Notes under the pieces: model-generated
What the model saw: the letters and a program-made list of their open reading frames with translations, nothing else
What the model was told of the DNA's origin: nothing
Database searches by the model: none
Position numbers and translations under genes: made by a program
Part shown: piece by piece, positions 29,021-41,131 of the stretch
Position numbering within the stretch: position 1 is the stretch's first letter
Layout: every line of letters starts with the position of its first letter
Origin: Nitrospiraceae bacterium UBA2600
GTDB taxonomy: Bacteria; Nitrospirota; Thermodesulfovibrionia; Thermodesulfovibrionales; Thermodesulfovibrionaceae
Direction of reading: 5' to 3'
Assembly (NCBI GenBank): GCA_002339325.1
Contig: DDKK01000031.1
Span: forward strand, 22,632-86,631
Length of the DNA stretch: 64,000 nucleotides

Positions 29021-30927
29021 AAACTTCCTCCCTTAATTTTTATTATTTTTGAAATATTCTCTCTGTCAAGTTTCTGTTCTGCTCTTAAATACTCAAAATA
29101 TGAAGACATAACTCGCTGGACATAGTTTCTCGTTTCTGCAAAGGGTATGTCTTCCATAAATTCATCTACTCCTTTGTAGTTATTACTATTTAGCCACGAC
29201 CATACTGCCTTTTCTCCAGCATTATAGGCAGCCACAGCAAAAACTACACTACCAAACTCTTCTATGAGACTTCTAAGATAATTACTTCCAATAAGTATGT
29301 TCTTTTCGTGTTCAAAAAGCTCCATGTCTTTGTTGAAATTTATCCCTATCTTTCTGCCTTCCCTTCTTGCCGTATCTGGCATAAGCTGCATAAGACCAAC
29401 TGCTCCAGCCGGAGAGATTGCCATTCTGTCAAACCTTGACTCTTCTCTCATTATGGCAAATATGAGGTAAGGGTCTAAATTTAATTTTCTCGACGCTTTG
29501 ATTACGGAGTCTTTATAAGCTTGAGGATAAAGTAATTCCTGAAAATTCCACTTGTTCGGCACTTTTGATATTAATCTTACAGAAGTTGGATAGTCACCAA
29601 GTTCTTGAAGAATTTTGCTAAAAAATGGAATGGCTTCATTATCTCTGTTGTCCTTTAAAAGATGCTTTATCTCTCTCAAAGCTTCTTCTCTAAAACCTGC
29701 CTTTAGCAGAATTTCAATTCTTTTAGTCACTGTAAATTCTCTGATTAATCGATTCTGTTGGGAGATTAAATTTGCCTTTCCCTTCATGTAAAGTAAATAG
29801 GAGTATATATCTCCCTGCTTAAAGGGAATATTCTTATATGTTGTTGTAACAACGCCTTTAGTTTCGTTTATTTTGTCAATCCAGTAAAGATATTTTAATT
29901 TTCCATAGGAGCTGTAGAGCTCTTGAAGTATGTTCTTTGCTTCTTCGTATTCTCCGCTGTTGTAATAATTCCATGCCATGCTCCATAAAGCATCCTCTCT
30001 TGATTCAGGATATTTTGCAATAACTGTTTTGAGTATCTTCGATGCTTCTTTATGTGCCCCTGCTCTTCTTTTTATGTTTGCATAATTGATAAATACGTCC
30101 GCCATTCTTTGGTCATCGGATTTCAAATAAGATGGCACTTCTTTTTCAAAGGTGGAAAAATCTTTTGCTCTAAGAAGTGCTCTTGCCCGCCAGTATTTAT
30201 CTGCACAGTTTTTAAATACTTCTGCTGCCTCCGTATATTTCTTTTGCATGAATAATGAATAGCCTATAGTATGAAGTATTTCGTTTTTATCTGAATTTTT
30301 TGCCAAGGAAAGAGCCTCTTTTAGATACTTCTCTGCTTTTTTGAATTGATAAGCACTATTTAATGCCTTGGCTTTTTTAAGAAGGTCTTTGGCTGTAATA
30401 TCCTCTTTTGAAAGTTCAGATTCAGCCCTGTCAGCTAATGATGACGAAGTAATAAATACCTCTTTGAACAATTTCTTTGCTTTTTCAACCTGTCCTTTCT
30501 CTTTGAGATATTGAGCATACTCAAATTTAACTGAAATATCCTCTGAGTATTCATTAACGAAAGATTCATAGAGAATTTCGACATTAGAGCTATTTATTTT
30601 CTTGGATAATCCGATTTCCATTTTTCTTGCCTCTTTTATAAGAGGAGAACGAGGATAATTCTTTTTTATCTCTTCTATGTCTTTCAATGCAGCTTCATAC
30701 TTCTGCAATCCTGTGTAGGCAGTAGCTCGCCAAAGAAAAATATAATCACCTATTTCTTTAAGCTCAAGAAGAGAATTTGTAAATAGCTCCTCTGCTTTTT
30801 TGTAATCTCCGCAGGCAAGATATTTCTTGCCTTCAACTATCATGCCTATGGATGAATCCTGTGAGAGCGTTGCCGATGGAAGAACTATTAGCAGAAGAGT
30901 GCTTAAAAGAAGATATACATATCTCAT
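29017..30927 (-). CDS. Slt-like lytic transglycosylase with TPR repeats
   Basis: AIMREESRF, SPAGAVGLMQLMP, AAYNAG, IPFAETRNYV. Confidence 0.9.
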   Translation of the reverse strand: MRYVYLLLSTLLLIVLPSATLSQDSSIGMIVEGKKYLACGDYKKAEELFTNSLLELKEIGDYIFLWRATAYTGLQKYEAALKDIEEIKKNYPRSPLIKEARKMEIGLSKKINSSNVEILYESFVNEYSEDISVKFEYAQYLKEKGQVEKAKKLFKEVFITSSSLADRAESELSKEDITAKDLLKKAKALNSAYQFKKAEKYLKEALSLAKNSDKNEILHTIGYSLFMQKKYTEAAEVFKNCADKYWRARALLRAKDFSTFEKEVPSYLKSDDQRMADVFINYANIKRRAGAHKEASKILKTVIAKYPESREDALWSMAWNYYNSGEYEEAKNILQELYSSYGKLKYLYWIDKINETKGVVTTTYKNIPFKQGDIYSYLLYMKGKANLISQQNRLIREFTVTKRIEILLKAGFREEALREIKHLLKDNRDNEAIPFFSKILQELGDYPTSVRLISKVPNKWNFQELLYPQAYKDSVIKASRKLNLDPYLIFAIMREESRFDRMAISPAGAVGLMQLMPDTARREGRKIGINFNKDMELFEHEKNILIGSNYLRSLIEEFGSVVFAVAAYNAGEKAVWSWLNSNNYKGVDEFMEDIPFAETRNYVQRVMSSYFEYLRAEQKLDRENISKIIKIKGGSL

Positions 30928-32099
30928 CTCAAATTTATCCTTGCCATGTAGTTTTCGAAGTTGGAATAAACCTCATCTATGCTGTCGCCACCAAATTTTT
31001 CAACAAAAGCCTCTGCAATATGCCATGCCAAAACAGCTTCTCCTATAACACTTGCAGCAGGCACAGCACATACATCAGAACGCTCATAGGATGCCAAGAC
31101 GGATTCTTTAGTAATTATGTCAACAGATTTAAGAGGTTTTCTCAATGTTGGAATGGGCTTCATGGTAGCTTTTACTATTATGGGCATTCCGTTTGACATT
31201 CCTCCCTCTATGCCTCCCATGTGATTTGTCTTACGAAAAAATTTTTCTTCGTAGAAAATCTCATCCATAACCTCTGAACCAAATTTCTCACCTACTCTAA
31301 CACCGTCTCCAATCTCCACAGCTTTTATAGCCTGTATGCTCATGAATCCTCCTGCTATTCGTCCGTCAAGCTTTCTGTCCCAATGAACATAACTTCCAAG
31401 TCCAACTGGCACACCTACTGCAAATACCACAAAAGTTCCACCAACACTGTCACCATTCTTGATTGCCCTGTCAATGGCTTCTATAAATTCTGGCTCATAA
31501 TCTTTCAAAGGACATCTAACGGTGGATTTCTCCGCATCAGCGGCAAGCAAAAGGAGTTCTTCGTCATTTAAAGTCTCCATAGTTAACTTTAAAGAGACCG
31601 GGCCGATGGAGTTAACAAAACTTCCAATCTGTATGTTAAAAATTCTCAAAAACTGTTTTGCCACTGCTCCTATGGCAACCCGCATGGCAGTTTCCCGAGC
31701 AGAGGAACGCTCAAGAACGTTTCTTATGTCTATATGGGCATATTTTATAGCTCCGGCAATATCTGCATGTCCAGGTCTTGGTCTTGTCACTGGAGGTATG
31801 CTTCCATTAAAAATTTGTTCAACCGCCATGCCCTTATCCCAGTTGACCCAGTCCCGATTTTGTATATATAAACATATGGGAGAACCAATAGTCTTACCCC
31901 ATCGAACTCCCGAGAGAATCTCAACTTCGTCGGACTCTATTTTCATTCTTCCACCTCTTCCATACCCCTGTTGCCTTCTCTTTAATTCCTGATTAATCTC
32001 TTCTATCGAAAAAGACATTCCAGCAGGTATACCCTCAATTATTCCTATTAAGCCCTTTCCGTGTGATTCTCCTGCGCTGAGGTATCTTATCATAGCCAT
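30924..32099 (-). CDS. aroC: Chorismate synthase
   Basis: AGESHG, RRQQGYGRGGRM, RPRPGHAD, RSSARETA, GGIEGGMSNG, RSDVCAVP. Confidence 0.97.
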   Translation of the reverse strand: MAMIRYLSAGESHGKGLIGIIEGIPAGMSFSIEEINQELKRRQQGYGRGGRMKIESDEVEILSGVRWGKTIGSPICLYIQNRDWVNWDKGMAVEQIFNGSIPPVTRPRPGHADIAGAIKYAHIDIRNVLERSSARETAMRVAIGAVAKQFLRIFNIQIGSFVNSIGPVSLKLTMETLNDEELLLLAADAEKSTVRCPLKDYEPEFIEAIDRAIKNGDSVGGTFVVFAVGVPVGLGSYVHWDRKLDGRIAGGFMSIQAIKAVEIGDGVRVGEKFGSEVMDEIFYEEKFFRKTNHMGGIEGGMSNGMPIIVKATMKPIPTLRKPLKSVDIITKESVLASYERSDVCAVPAASVIGEAVLAWHIAEAFVEKFGGDSIDEVYSNFENYMARINLR

Positions 32100-32112
32100 A
32101 TTTTAAAAGATA

Positions 32113-32646
32113 TCAAGCTAATTTTTCATCTTTGAAGTAAACAACTTTTCTGCCTCCAAGATGCATAGGAACAGTATCAGAAATCCACATGGCTCTCTTA
32201 AAGTATCTATCATCTACCTTTACAGATAAAACTTCGCCAATAAAGGCATAGCATTCACCAACATCAATACTCTGCGTTAACCTACACTCTATCCATCCTG
32301 CACAATTTTTTATAAGAGGAGCTGAAATATGGTCTGCCTTTATTTTTTCTAATTTAGCTTCTTTAAACTTATCAACTTTTCTACCTGATTTACTACCGCA
32401 TATCCATATTGCTTTTTCCATTTCTTTTGTAGGAATGTTTACGGCAAATTCTCTTTTTTCAATGATAAGCTCTGCTGTATAATGGCTCTTTGCAACACAT
32501 ACAATAATCATCGGAGGCTCTTCACTAACAGGGGTTGCCCATGCACAAGACATAACATTATGCTCTCCATTTTTTCCCGCTGAGGTTAGAAAAAATACCA
32601 CTTTAGGATGAAGAAGTCTGTAAAAATTTTCTTTTACCTCTCTCAT
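32113..32646 (-). CDS. Flavin reductase-like protein
   Basis: NVMSCAWATP, FAVNIP, CGSKSGR..DKF, WIECR, FIGEV. Confidence 0.85.
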   Translation of the reverse strand: MREVKENFYRLLHPKVVFFLTSAGKNGEHNVMSCAWATPVSEEPPMIIVCVAKSHYTAELIIEKREFAVNIPTKEMEKAIWICGSKSGRKVDKFKEAKLEKIKADHISAPLIKNCAGWIECRLTQSIDVGECYAFIGEVLSVKVDDRYFKRAMWISDTVPMHLGGRKVVYFKDEKLA

Positions 32647-32720
32647 ATTCTCCTCCTAACGACTTTTTATTTCTATTTTAACTTTTTACTTTTATTCTGC
32701 GTTTAAGTTACAATTAATGT

Positions 32721-34532
32721 ATGAATGGTCAGGCAAAGGGTTCATTAAAGACATTTCTAATCTGGCTAATCATTGGTATATCGATAATAGCTCTGTTTAA
32801 TCTCTTTAGTATGCCCCAAAAAAATGAGAAAGAGATAATATTTTCTGAATTTCTCCTAAAAGTTCAAGGAGGCGAGATTGATGAGGTGCTAATTAAGGAT
32901 AATGCAATTACGGGTAAATTCAAAGATGGTTCACAGTTTAAAACCTACTACATAAACTATCCTGAACTAATTAAAGAGCTCACATCTCATGGTGTGAAAA
33001 TATCCGTAAAGCCTCCTGAGCAGACACCTTGGTATGTTAATTTTCTTATATCTTGGGGGCCTGTAATATTCCTTGTTTTTTTATGGATACTTTTCATGAA
33101 GCAGATGCAAGCTGGAAGCAGTCGTGCCATGTCATTCGGGAAAGCCAGAGCTAAAATGATATCTAATAAGGCAATAAAAGTAACCTTTTCCGATGTGGCA
33201 GGCATAGAGGAAGTAAAGGAAGAAGTCAAAGAGATAGTTGACTTTCTCACAAATCCTCAGAAATACATAAAGCTTGGTGCTAAAATTCCCAAGGGAATTC
33301 TTCTGGTAGGCTCTCCTGGTACAGGAAAGACTCTTCTTGCTAAAGCAATTGCTGGTGAGGCAGGAGTGCCATTTTTCTCTATATCTGGCTCTGATTTTGT
33401 TGAGATGTTTGTGGGAGTAGGTGCAAGCCGAGTCCGTGACCTCTTTGACCAGGCTAAGAAAAACTCTCCCTGTATTGTGTTTATCGATGAAATAGATGCG
33501 GTGGGAAGACAAAGAGGTGCAGGACTTGGAGGAGGTCATGATGAAAGGGAACAAACTCTCAATCAGCTTCTTGTAGAAATGGACGGATTTGAAAGCAATG
33601 AGGGAATTATAGTGCTTGCTGCCACAAACAGACCTGATGTTTTAGACCCTGCTTTGCTAAGACCGGGTAGATTTGACAGACAGATAGTTGTCCCACTTCC
33701 CGATGTAAAAGGAAGGTTAGAAATACTCAAAGTCCACACGAGGAAAATACCGCTTGCAACAGATGTTGACCTTGAAAAAATAGCCAGAGGCACACCTGGT
33801 TTCTCAGGTGCAGATTTAGCTAATCTTGTAAATGAAGCCGCCCTTATTGCTGCAAGAAAAAATAGAGAAACCGTTAGTATGAGCGATTTTGAGTCTGCCA
33901 AGGATAAAGTCTTAATGGGAGTTGAGAGAAAAAGCATGGTTTTAAGCGAAGAAGAACGCAAAATTACTGCCTATCATGAAGCAGGTCATGCCCTTGTGGC
34001 AAAGCTTACTCCATCAACTGACCCAATCCATAAAGTTAGCATTATTCCAAGAGGAAGAGCTTTAGGAGTTACACAGCAACTTCCCCTTGATGACCGATAT
34101 ACCTATTCAAAAGATTATTTATATGGCACACTTAAGGTGCTTCTTGGTGGCAGGGTAGCCGAGGAAATTGCCCTTGGCACCATGACCACAGGAGCGGGAA
34201 ATGACCTTGAAAGAGCTACAGAACTTGCAAGAAAAATGGTTACCGAGTGGGGAATGAGTGAAAGAATGGGACCACTTACCTTTGGAAAAAGAGAGGAACA
34301 TGTTTTTCTCGGAAGAGAGATTGCAAAACACCGAGACTATTCAGACAAGACCGCTGAAGAGATAGATGAAGAGACTAAAAGAATAGTTACAGAGGCTTAT
34401 CATAACACTAAAGAGCTTTTAGAGCAAAACAGAGACCTTCTTGATGCTATTGCTAAAGCTCTTCTTGAAAGGGAAACCCTCGAAGCACAAGAGATAGACC
34501 AGATTGTTATAGAGACTAAAAAGGCTGCATGA
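32721..34532 (+). CDS. ftsH: ATP-dependent zinc metalloprotease FtsH
   Basis: [38 protein letters not shown]. Confidence 0.98.
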   Translation: MNGQAKGSLKTFLIWLIIGISIIALFNLFSMPQKNEKEIIFSEFLLKVQGGEIDEVLIKDNAITGKFKDGSQFKTYYINYPELIKELTSHGVKISVKPPEQTPWYVNFLISWGPVIFLVFLWILFMKQMQAGSSRAMSFGKARAKMISNKAIKVTFSDVAGIEEVKEEVKEIVDFLTNPQKYIKLGAKIPKGILLVGSPGTGKTLLAKAIAGEAGVPFFSISGSDFVEMFVGVGASRVRDLFDQAKKNSPCIVFIDEIDAVGRQRGAGLGGGHDEREQTLNQLLVEMDGFESNEGIIVLAATNRPDVLDPALLRPGRFDRQIVVPLPDVKGRLEILKVHTRKIPLATDVDLEKIARGTPGFSGADLANLVNEAALIAARKNRETVSMSDFESAKDKVLMGVERKSMVLSEEERKITAYHEAGHALVAKLTPSTDPIHKVSIIPRGRALGVTQQLPLDDRYTYSKDYLYGTLKVLLGGRVAEEIALGTMTTGAGNDLERATELARKMVTEWGMSERMGPLTFGKREEHVFLGREIAKHRDYSDKTAEEIDEETKRIVTEAYHNTKELLEQNRDLLDAIAKALLERETLEAQEIDQIVIETKKAA

Positions 34533-35371
34533 AGTTAAATTTTAAAAACTTCCAGCTCGATTTCCTTAAAAAAACATACATTATGGGGATTGTCAATGTC
34601 ACTCCCGATTCCTTTTATGACGGAGGGCGATACTTTTCAGTTCAGAAAGCCATTGACCATGCCATGAGACTCGTTGATGAGGGAGCAGACATTATCGACA
34701 TAGGAGGCGAATCTACCCGACCTAATGCAGAACCAGTAAGTGAAGAGGAAGAGTTAAAGAGAGTAATTCCTGTAATTGAAAGTATTTCTTCTCGAGTTTC
34801 TATTCCTATTTCAATTGACACATACAAGGCCAGAGTTGCTGAAGAGGCTGTTAAAGCTGGAGCAACAATAATAAACGATATAAGTGGATTGAAATTTGAT
34901 TCCCAAATGGCCTATGTAGCCTCAAAATATGATGTTGCCATAGTGGTAATGCATATAAAAGGAACTCCTCGAGATATGCAAATAAATCCCACCTATAATG
35001 CTCTTATTCCTGAAATTACGGAATATCTCAGAAATTCCATAATAATAGCGAAAAATGCAGGAATTAATGAAGATAAAATAATAATTGACCCCGGAATTGG
35101 CTTTGGCAAGTTACCAGAACATAATCTTCAAATAATCAAGAACTTGAGAGAGTTTACCCTTCTTGGAAAACCTATTTTAATTGGGCCATCAAGAAAAAGT
35201 TTTATTGGCAAGGTCTTGAATGCAAACTCGCCAGATGAAAGACTTGAGGGAACAGCTTCTGTTGTTGCCATCTCAGTAATTAACGGTGCCAATATAGTCA
35301 GAGTGCACGATGTAGCCTATATGGCTAAAGTTGTAAAAATGGCAGATGCTATAAAATTTGGCTTATCTTAA
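34529..35371 (+). CDS. folP: Dihydropteroate synthase
   Basis: MGIVNVTPDSFYDGG, DIGGESTRP, DPGIGFGK, SRKSF, RVHDV. Confidence 0.97.
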   Translation: MKLNFKNFQLDFLKKTYIMGIVNVTPDSFYDGGRYFSVQKAIDHAMRLVDEGADIIDIGGESTRPNAEPVSEEEELKRVIPVIESISSRVSIPISIDTYKARVAEEAVKAGATIINDISGLKFDSQMAYVASKYDVAIVVMHIKGTPRDMQINPTYNALIPEITEYLRNSIIIAKNAGINEDKIIIDPGIGFGKLPEHNLQIIKNLREFTLLGKPILIGPSRKSFIGKVLNANSPDERLEGTASVVAISVINGANIVRVHDVAYMAKVVKMADAIKFGLS

Positions 35372-36991
35372 CTACATCTTGTGAGGTGCTTTAACGCCAA
35401 GCATCCTAAGTCCGTGTCTTAAAACAATCATTATAGCCCTGCAGAGACTTAATCTTGTTTGGCTTAATTTTTCATCATCCGAAAGAACTCTGTGTTTGTG
35501 ATAATAACTGTGAAATAGAGATGCTAATTCTTGTAGATAGAAGGTAATTCTATGGGGTTCGCGAAAATTCACTGCCAATTCAAAAATCATTGGATACTGG
35601 AGAACTTTTTTTATTAATCTCATTTCCTCTTCATTAAAAAGCTCGCCGTTAAAGACATATGATACATGGCCTGCTTTTTCGAAAATACTGTTAATTCTTG
35701 CGTGAGCATACTGAACATAGAAAACAGGGTTTTCTTGAGACTGCTTTTTGGCAACCTCTACGTCAAACTCGAGATGGCTGTCTTGCCTGCGTGTAAGAAA
35801 AATAAATCTTGTCGTGTCAGCTCCTATTTCATCTATTAATTCTCTCAGAGTCACAAAGGTTCCTGCTCTTTTTGACATCTGGAAAGGTTTACCTTCTCTC
35901 AGAAGATTGACCATTTGAACAAGAAGAATTTTTATCTGCGATGCCTTAAATCCAAGTGCTTGCACTGCTGCTTTCACACGGGGAATGTAGCCATGATGAT
36001 CAGCCCCCCAGATGTTTATCAGTTCATCAAAACCCCGTTCAATTTTATTTTTATGATAGGCAATATCAGAAGCGAAATATGTATATGTTCCGTCACTCTT
36101 TAGAACTACTCGGTCTTTATCGTCACCAAATGAAGTGGAACAAAACCACAAAGCCCCATCTTTCTCATAAACAAAACCAAGCTCTTTAAGCTTTATAATT
36201 GCTCTCTGAACTTCTCCCGTATGATATAACTTTCTCTCGCTTACCCAGCTATCAAAGGTTACTCCGAAATCTTCGAGGTCTTTCTTTATTTCATTGATAA
36301 TTTTTCTGTAGGAAAAATCAATTATTAAATCTCCCAATTCTTCGTAAGATCTGCCTTTAATGCTGTCTCCGTATGATTCGTATAATTCCTGAGCAATTTC
36401 CTTTATGTATTCACCTTTATAGCATTCCTCTGGAAATTCAACCTCTTTACCCCAAATTCTCTGAAGGGCAAGATAAACACTGAGCCCCAGTATTTCAATC
36501 TGCTTTCCAGCGTCGTTTATGTAATACTCCGTAGTAACTTCATAGCCTGCTTCTCTTAGTATATTTGACAGAGCCGAGCCAATTGCAGCCCCTCTTCCGT
36601 GTCCAAGATGAAGCGGACCTGTTGGATTAGCGCTCACGAACTCAATCTGAACTTTCCTCGACCTACCAATGTCGGTTATGAAAAATTTTTCTTCTTTCTC
36701 AAGCAGCTCTTTAAGTTGATTAAATAAAAATTCCTTTTTAAATTTAAAATTTATAAAACCCGGGCCTGCTATTGAAATGTCTTCAAAAAATTCTCTATCA
36801 ATTACAGATAAAATCTCATCTGCTATAGTTCTGGGAGGTTTTTTCAAAGTTTTTGTTAATTCCATTGCCACAGGAGAGCTAAGGTCACCAAAAGACTCAT
36901 TTTTAGGAATTTCTACTTCAATTTGTGGCTCCAATTGGTAATTTAGCTTTAATATAGCTTCTTCAAGTTTTTTTCTTAATAGACTGTGCAT
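35372..36991 (-). CDS. argS: Arginine--tRNA ligase
   Basis: EFVSANPTGPLHLGHGRG, GADHHGY, QMSKRAG, YVQYAHAR; start uncertain (36991 or 37024). Confidence 0.96.
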   Translation of the reverse strand: MHSLLRKKLEEAILKLNYQLEPQIEVEIPKNESFGDLSSPVAMELTKTLKKPPRTIADEILSVIDREFFEDISIAGPGFINFKFKKEFLFNQLKELLEKEEKFFITDIGRSRKVQIEFVSANPTGPLHLGHGRGAAIGSALSNILREAGYEVTTEYYINDAGKQIEILGLSVYLALQRIWGKEVEFPEECYKGEYIKEIAQELYESYGDSIKGRSYEELGDLIIDFSYRKIINEIKKDLEDFGVTFDSWVSERKLYHTGEVQRAIIKLKELGFVYEKDGALWFCSTSFGDDKDRVVLKSDGTYTYFASDIAYHKNKIERGFDELINIWGADHHGYIPRVKAAVQALGFKASQIKILLVQMVNLLREGKPFQMSKRAGTFVTLRELIDEIGADTTRFIFLTRRQDSHLEFDVEVAKKQSQENPVFYVQYAHARINSIFEKAGHVSYVFNGELFNEEEMRLIKKVLQYPMIFELAVNFREPHRITFYLQELASLFHSYYHKHRVLSDDEKLSQTRLSLCRAIMIVLRHGLRMLGVKAPHKM

Positions 36992-37145
36992 AGAAGTTAA
37001 ATATATCGTATATAATACTGACAAGTCAATTAGAATATTGTTTAAAGATGATATTTGAAGACACCTCTAACTCTCTCAAATATAAAGCATAGAACCCATA
37101 AATAGAGCTTAGATGCTTAAAACTATGCTATAATAATTTTCTGCT

Positions 37146-38066
37146 ATGGCTTACATAGGTGTTGATATAGGAGGGACATACACAAAAATTGGAGTATTAA
37201 CTGAGCAAGGGGAAGTTGTGCGCCTCTGTAAGTTTCCCACTTATGGAGAACCTCTTGAGTTTATATTTGAAGAGATAGACGATATCCTTAATGTTTTTAC
37301 AATCGATGGAATTGGCGTAGGCATAGCAGGACTGGTAGACGAAGAGGGAAATGTAATTAAAGCATCGAATATTCCTTTTTTCAATGATTTTCCGTTGAAA
37401 AAAATATTAGCAGAAAGATACAAGGTAGAGATAGCCGTTCAGAATGATGCCTTTGCTGCAACATTAGCAGAAGCTCTAATAGGCGAGGGCAAAAATTCTA
37501 ATAATTTTATTCTCCTTACTCTTGGCACAGGCATAGGAAGTGGGTATTGGTCAAAAGAACAAAATATGAAATTTCCAATGGAAGCAGGACACATGACGAT
37601 TAATTATCAGGGAAAATCATGCAGTTGTGGTAATACAGGATGTCTGGAAGTTTACGCCTCTGCAAGAGCAATAAAAGATAACTTAATTGAGAAAATTGAA
37701 AAAGGTGAACAGAGTAACATAAAAATGCTTTACGAGGGTAACTTCTATAAAGCAACAGCTGAGGATATTTACAAAACGGCATTAGAAGGAGACCCCTTAT
37801 GCAGAAGCGTTCTCAAAGAAGCTGGCAAGGCACTTGGAGCGGGTGTAGCAAATTTAATAAATATTTTTGGACCTGAACGAATAATTTTCACTGGAGGACT
37901 ATCAAAGGCTGTTAACATTTATATTGAAACAGCCATTTCTGAAGCACAAAAGAGAGCTATGAAAGGACTAAAAACTGAAATGTTTGTTTCTTCGTTAGTA
38001 GATAAAGGTGGAATAATAGGAGCAGTTGCTGCTCTTCCTAATTTTAATTTATGCTCAAGAGCATGA
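37146..38066 (+). CDS. ROK-family sugar kinase (glucokinase-like)
   Basis: [30 protein letters not shown]. Confidence 0.9.
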   Translation: MAYIGVDIGGTYTKIGVLTEQGEVVRLCKFPTYGEPLEFIFEEIDDILNVFTIDGIGVGIAGLVDEEGNVIKASNIPFFNDFPLKKILAERYKVEIAVQNDAFAATLAEALIGEGKNSNNFILLTLGTGIGSGYWSKEQNMKFPMEAGHMTINYQGKSCSCGNTGCLEVYASARAIKDNLIEKIEKGEQSNIKMLYEGNFYKATAEDIYKTALEGDPLCRSVLKEAGKALGAGVANLINIFGPERIIFTGGLSKAVNIYIETAISEAQKRAMKGLKTEMFVSSLVDKGGIIGAVAALPNFNLCSRA

Positions 38067-39847
38067 AAAATATCAGAAACTTTTCAATAATAGCCCACAT
38101 AGACCACGGAAAATCAACTCTTGCAGACAGACTGCTTGAATTTACAGGTGCTGTAAATCTTGGGGGAAAAATGGGACAGATTCTTGATTCAATGGATTTA
38201 GAAAGAGAGAGAGGAATAACAATAAAAGCTCATGCAGTAAGACTTACTTATAAAGCTGATGATAACGAAGTATATACTTTGAACTTAATTGATACTCCAG
38301 GACATGTGGATTTTTCCTATGAAGTATCTCGTTCTTTAGCTTGCTGTGAAGGTAGCCTATTGGTTGTCGATGCTACTCAGGGTGTAGAGGCTCAGACCGT
38401 AGCAAATGCATACCTGGCAATAGACCACAATCACGAGATAATTCCAGTAATAAACAAAATAGACCTGCCACAAGCTGACCCAGAACGGGTTAAAAAACAA
38501 ATTGAAGACATCATTGGAATAGACTCATCGGAAGCAATTCTGGCTTCGGCAAAAGAGGGAATCGGAACTAAAGATATTCTTGAGGCAGTGGTAAAGAAAA
38601 TTCCCTCTCCCAAAGGAAACCCAAAAGCTCCTTTAAGAGCGATGATATTTGATTCTTGGTTTGATAATTATCTCGGCGTAATCATTCTTGTGAGAGTCTT
38701 TGACGGAGAGCTGAAAAAGGGAATGCGAATAAAGCTATTCGCTACTGAAAATGAATATGAAGTGCAAAGACTTGGCATTCTTACTCCTCTTCCAAAAGAT
38801 ACAGAGTTTTTATCAGCGGGCGAAGTAGGCTTTATTGTCGCAGGAATTAAAAATATAGCAGATACCAAAATAGGTGACACCGTTACAGAAGCAAACAATG
38901 CTGCTACTGAACCTTTACCAGGATTCAGAGAAGTTAAACCAATGGTTTTCTGTGGCCTTTATCCAACAGAAACACATCAATATGAAGAACTAAAAACAGC
39001 TCTTGAAAAGCTCAGGCTTAATGACTCATCCTTTTTCTTTGAGCCAGAAACATCTGCAGCCCTTGGATTTGGTTTTAGGTGTGGCTTTTTAGGTCTTCTT
39101 CATATGGAAATAATAAAAGAGCGATTAGAAAGAGAGTTTAATCTCTCCCTCATCAGTACTGCTCCTACGGTGAGATATAAAATTATTGAAAAAAGTGGTG
39201 AAGCCTATCTTATTGATAATCCAAGTAAAATGCCTAAATTTTTTGAGAGTATAGAAGAACCTTTCATGAAAGTTTCAATTATAGTGCCTGAAAATTATGT
39301 TGGAGAGATATTGAAGTTATGCCAGGAAAAAAGAGGAATCCAGAAAGAGTTTTCCTACATAACAAAGGACAGAATTCTTCTTGTATACGAAATACCCTTA
39401 AATGAGATTTTATGGGATTTCTATGATAAACTTAAATCACTCTCAAAAGGATATGCTTCTATGGATTATGAGTTCCTCGGATATAGACCGAGTAGTCTTG
39501 TAAAGCTTGATATCCTTATTAATGGCGAACAGGTAGATGCCCTTTCAGTGATTGTCCACAAAGATAAAGCCTATTATAAAGGTCGTGCCATTGCCCAGAA
39601 GTTAAGAGAGGTGATACCCAGACAACTATTTGAGGTAGTAATACAGGCAGCCATAGGTGGTAAAATAATTGCTCGTGAAAGCATTGTTCCACTTAAAAAG
39701 AATGTCCTTGCAAAATGTTATGGCGGTGACGTTACAAGAAAGAAAAAGCTTCTTGAAAAACAAAAGGAAGGTAAAAAAAGAATGAAACAAATTGGCAGAG
39801 TTGAAATACCTCAAGAGGCATTTCTATCAGTTCTGAAAGTAGAGTAA
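38063..39847 (+). CDS. lepA: Elongation factor 4
   Basis: [45 protein letters not shown]. Confidence 0.98.
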   Translation: MKNIRNFSIIAHIDHGKSTLADRLLEFTGAVNLGGKMGQILDSMDLERERGITIKAHAVRLTYKADDNEVYTLNLIDTPGHVDFSYEVSRSLACCEGSLLVVDATQGVEAQTVANAYLAIDHNHEIIPVINKIDLPQADPERVKKQIEDIIGIDSSEAILASAKEGIGTKDILEAVVKKIPSPKGNPKAPLRAMIFDSWFDNYLGVIILVRVFDGELKKGMRIKLFATENEYEVQRLGILTPLPKDTEFLSAGEVGFIVAGIKNIADTKIGDTVTEANNAATEPLPGFREVKPMVFCGLYPTETHQYEELKTALEKLRLNDSSFFFEPETSAALGFGFRCGFLGLLHMEIIKERLEREFNLSLISTAPTVRYKIIEKSGEAYLIDNPSKMPKFFESIEEPFMKVSIIVPENYVGEILKLCQEKRGIQKEFSYITKDRILLVYEIPLNEILWDFYDKLKSLSKGYASMDYEFLGYRPSSLVKLDILINGEQVDALSVIVHKDKAYYKGRAIAQKLREVIPRQLFEVVIQAAIGGKIIARESIVPLKKNVLAKCYGGDVTRKKKLLEKQKEGKKRMKQIGRVEIPQEAFLSVLKVE

Positions 39848-39857
39848 GGAGGTCAAA

Positions 39858-40463
39858 TTGACAGCAAAAAAAATTCTTGAATATGTAAAGAGCATAGGAA
39901 TCGCAATTCTAATAGCTCTTTTCATAAGGGCATACATAATTCAGGCATTTAAAATTCCATCGGGCTCTATGATTCCAACTCTACTAATTGGAGACCATCT
40001 TCTTGTAACTAAATTCATATATGGCGTAAAGCCTCCTTTCACGGAAAATAAGATTTTAGTAATAGACAAGCCTAAAATAGGAGATATCATAGTTTTTAAA
40101 TATCCTGAAGACCCAAGTAGAGATTTCATAAAGAGAGTAATAGCAGTAGGAGGTGATACAGTAGAGATTAAAAATAAAAAAGTTTTTGTAAATGGCATAG
40201 AACTCAAAGAATCATATGCGAGATATACTGACGCCTACATGCATCCATCCGAATTAGACCCGAGAGACAATTTAGGTCCGATAAAAGTGCCTGAAGGTAA
40301 ACTCTTTGTAATGGGAGACAACAGAGACCACAGCTATGACAGCCGTTTCTGGGGATTCGTAGACCTTAAAGATGTAAGAGGAAAGGCTTTGATAATATAC
40401 TGGTCTTGGGATAGCGAAAAGAGTAAACCAAGACTGGAAAGAATTGGTAAACTAATAAAGTAA
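39858..40463 (+). CDS. lepB: Signal peptidase I
   Basis: IPSGSMIPTL, FIKRVI, GDNRDHSYDSR. Confidence 0.96.
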   Translation: MTAKKILEYVKSIGIAILIALFIRAYIIQAFKIPSGSMIPTLLIGDHLLVTKFIYGVKPPFTENKILVIDKPKIGDIIVFKYPEDPSRDFIKRVIAVGGDTVEIKNKKVFVNGIELKESYARYTDAYMHPSELDPRDNLGPIKVPEGKLFVMGDNRDHSYDSRFWGFVDLKDVRGKALIIYWSWDSEKSKPRLERIGKLIK

Positions 40464-41113
40464 TGTTTACAGGAATAATAGTTGAGCTTGGCGAAGTTTA
40501 CGATATTAAAAAACTTGGCAATTCAGCCAAATTAAATATTCTTTCTGAAAAAGTCATAAAAGATGCTTCAATCGGTGACAGCATATCCGTAAACGGTGTT
40601 TGTCTCACTGTAACAGAAATTGAAAGAAAAAGAGGAATAATATCCTTTGATGTGTCTAACGAGACCCTTCAGAAAACCACTACAGGAGAATTAAAAAAAA
40701 GTTCTCCCGTAAACCTTGAACCAGCACTTACCCTTAATACCAGAATTGGCGGACATTTAGTGAGTGGCCATGTAGAGGGAATTGGAAAGATAAGAAACAT
40801 TGACACAATTGGTGATTATCTAAAAATAGAAATCGAAGCTCCTCAGGAGATTCTTAAATATTGCATAAAAAAAGGTTCGATAGCAATTGATGGAATTAGT
40901 CTTACCATAGTTGAAGTATTCTCCGATGCCTTTAATGTAGTTATCATTCCTCACACAGCTAAAATGACTACCGTAGGCTATAAAAAAGTCGGAGATAGCG
41001 TAAACCTTGAACCTGACTTAATAGCTAAATATGTGGAGAAATTTCTAAGTTACCGAGAACAAACAGCAGATGAAAAAATAATGGCTAAATTGAAAAAACA
41101 CGGATTTATTTGA
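40463..41113 (+). CDS. ribE: Riboflavin synthase (alpha chain)
   Basis: MFTGII, SISVNGVCLTV, VNLE, GGHLVSGH, KGSIAIDGISLT. Confidence 0.95.
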   Translation: MFTGIIVELGEVYDIKKLGNSAKLNILSEKVIKDASIGDSISVNGVCLTVTEIERKRGIISFDVSNETLQKTTTGELKKSSPVNLEPALTLNTRIGGHLVSGHVEGIGKIRNIDTIGDYLKIEIEAPQEILKYCIKKGSIAIDGISLTIVEVFSDAFNVVIIPHTAKMTTVGYKKVGDSVNLEPDLIAKYVEKFLSYREQTADEKIMAKLKKHGFI

Positions 41114-41131
41114 AAAATTTTCCATTAATAG

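Noticed and set aside
33129-33146. TGTCATTCGGGAAAGCC in ftsH resembling the element
   Set aside because: It encodes the conserved MSFGKA motif and lacks the GAATC arm
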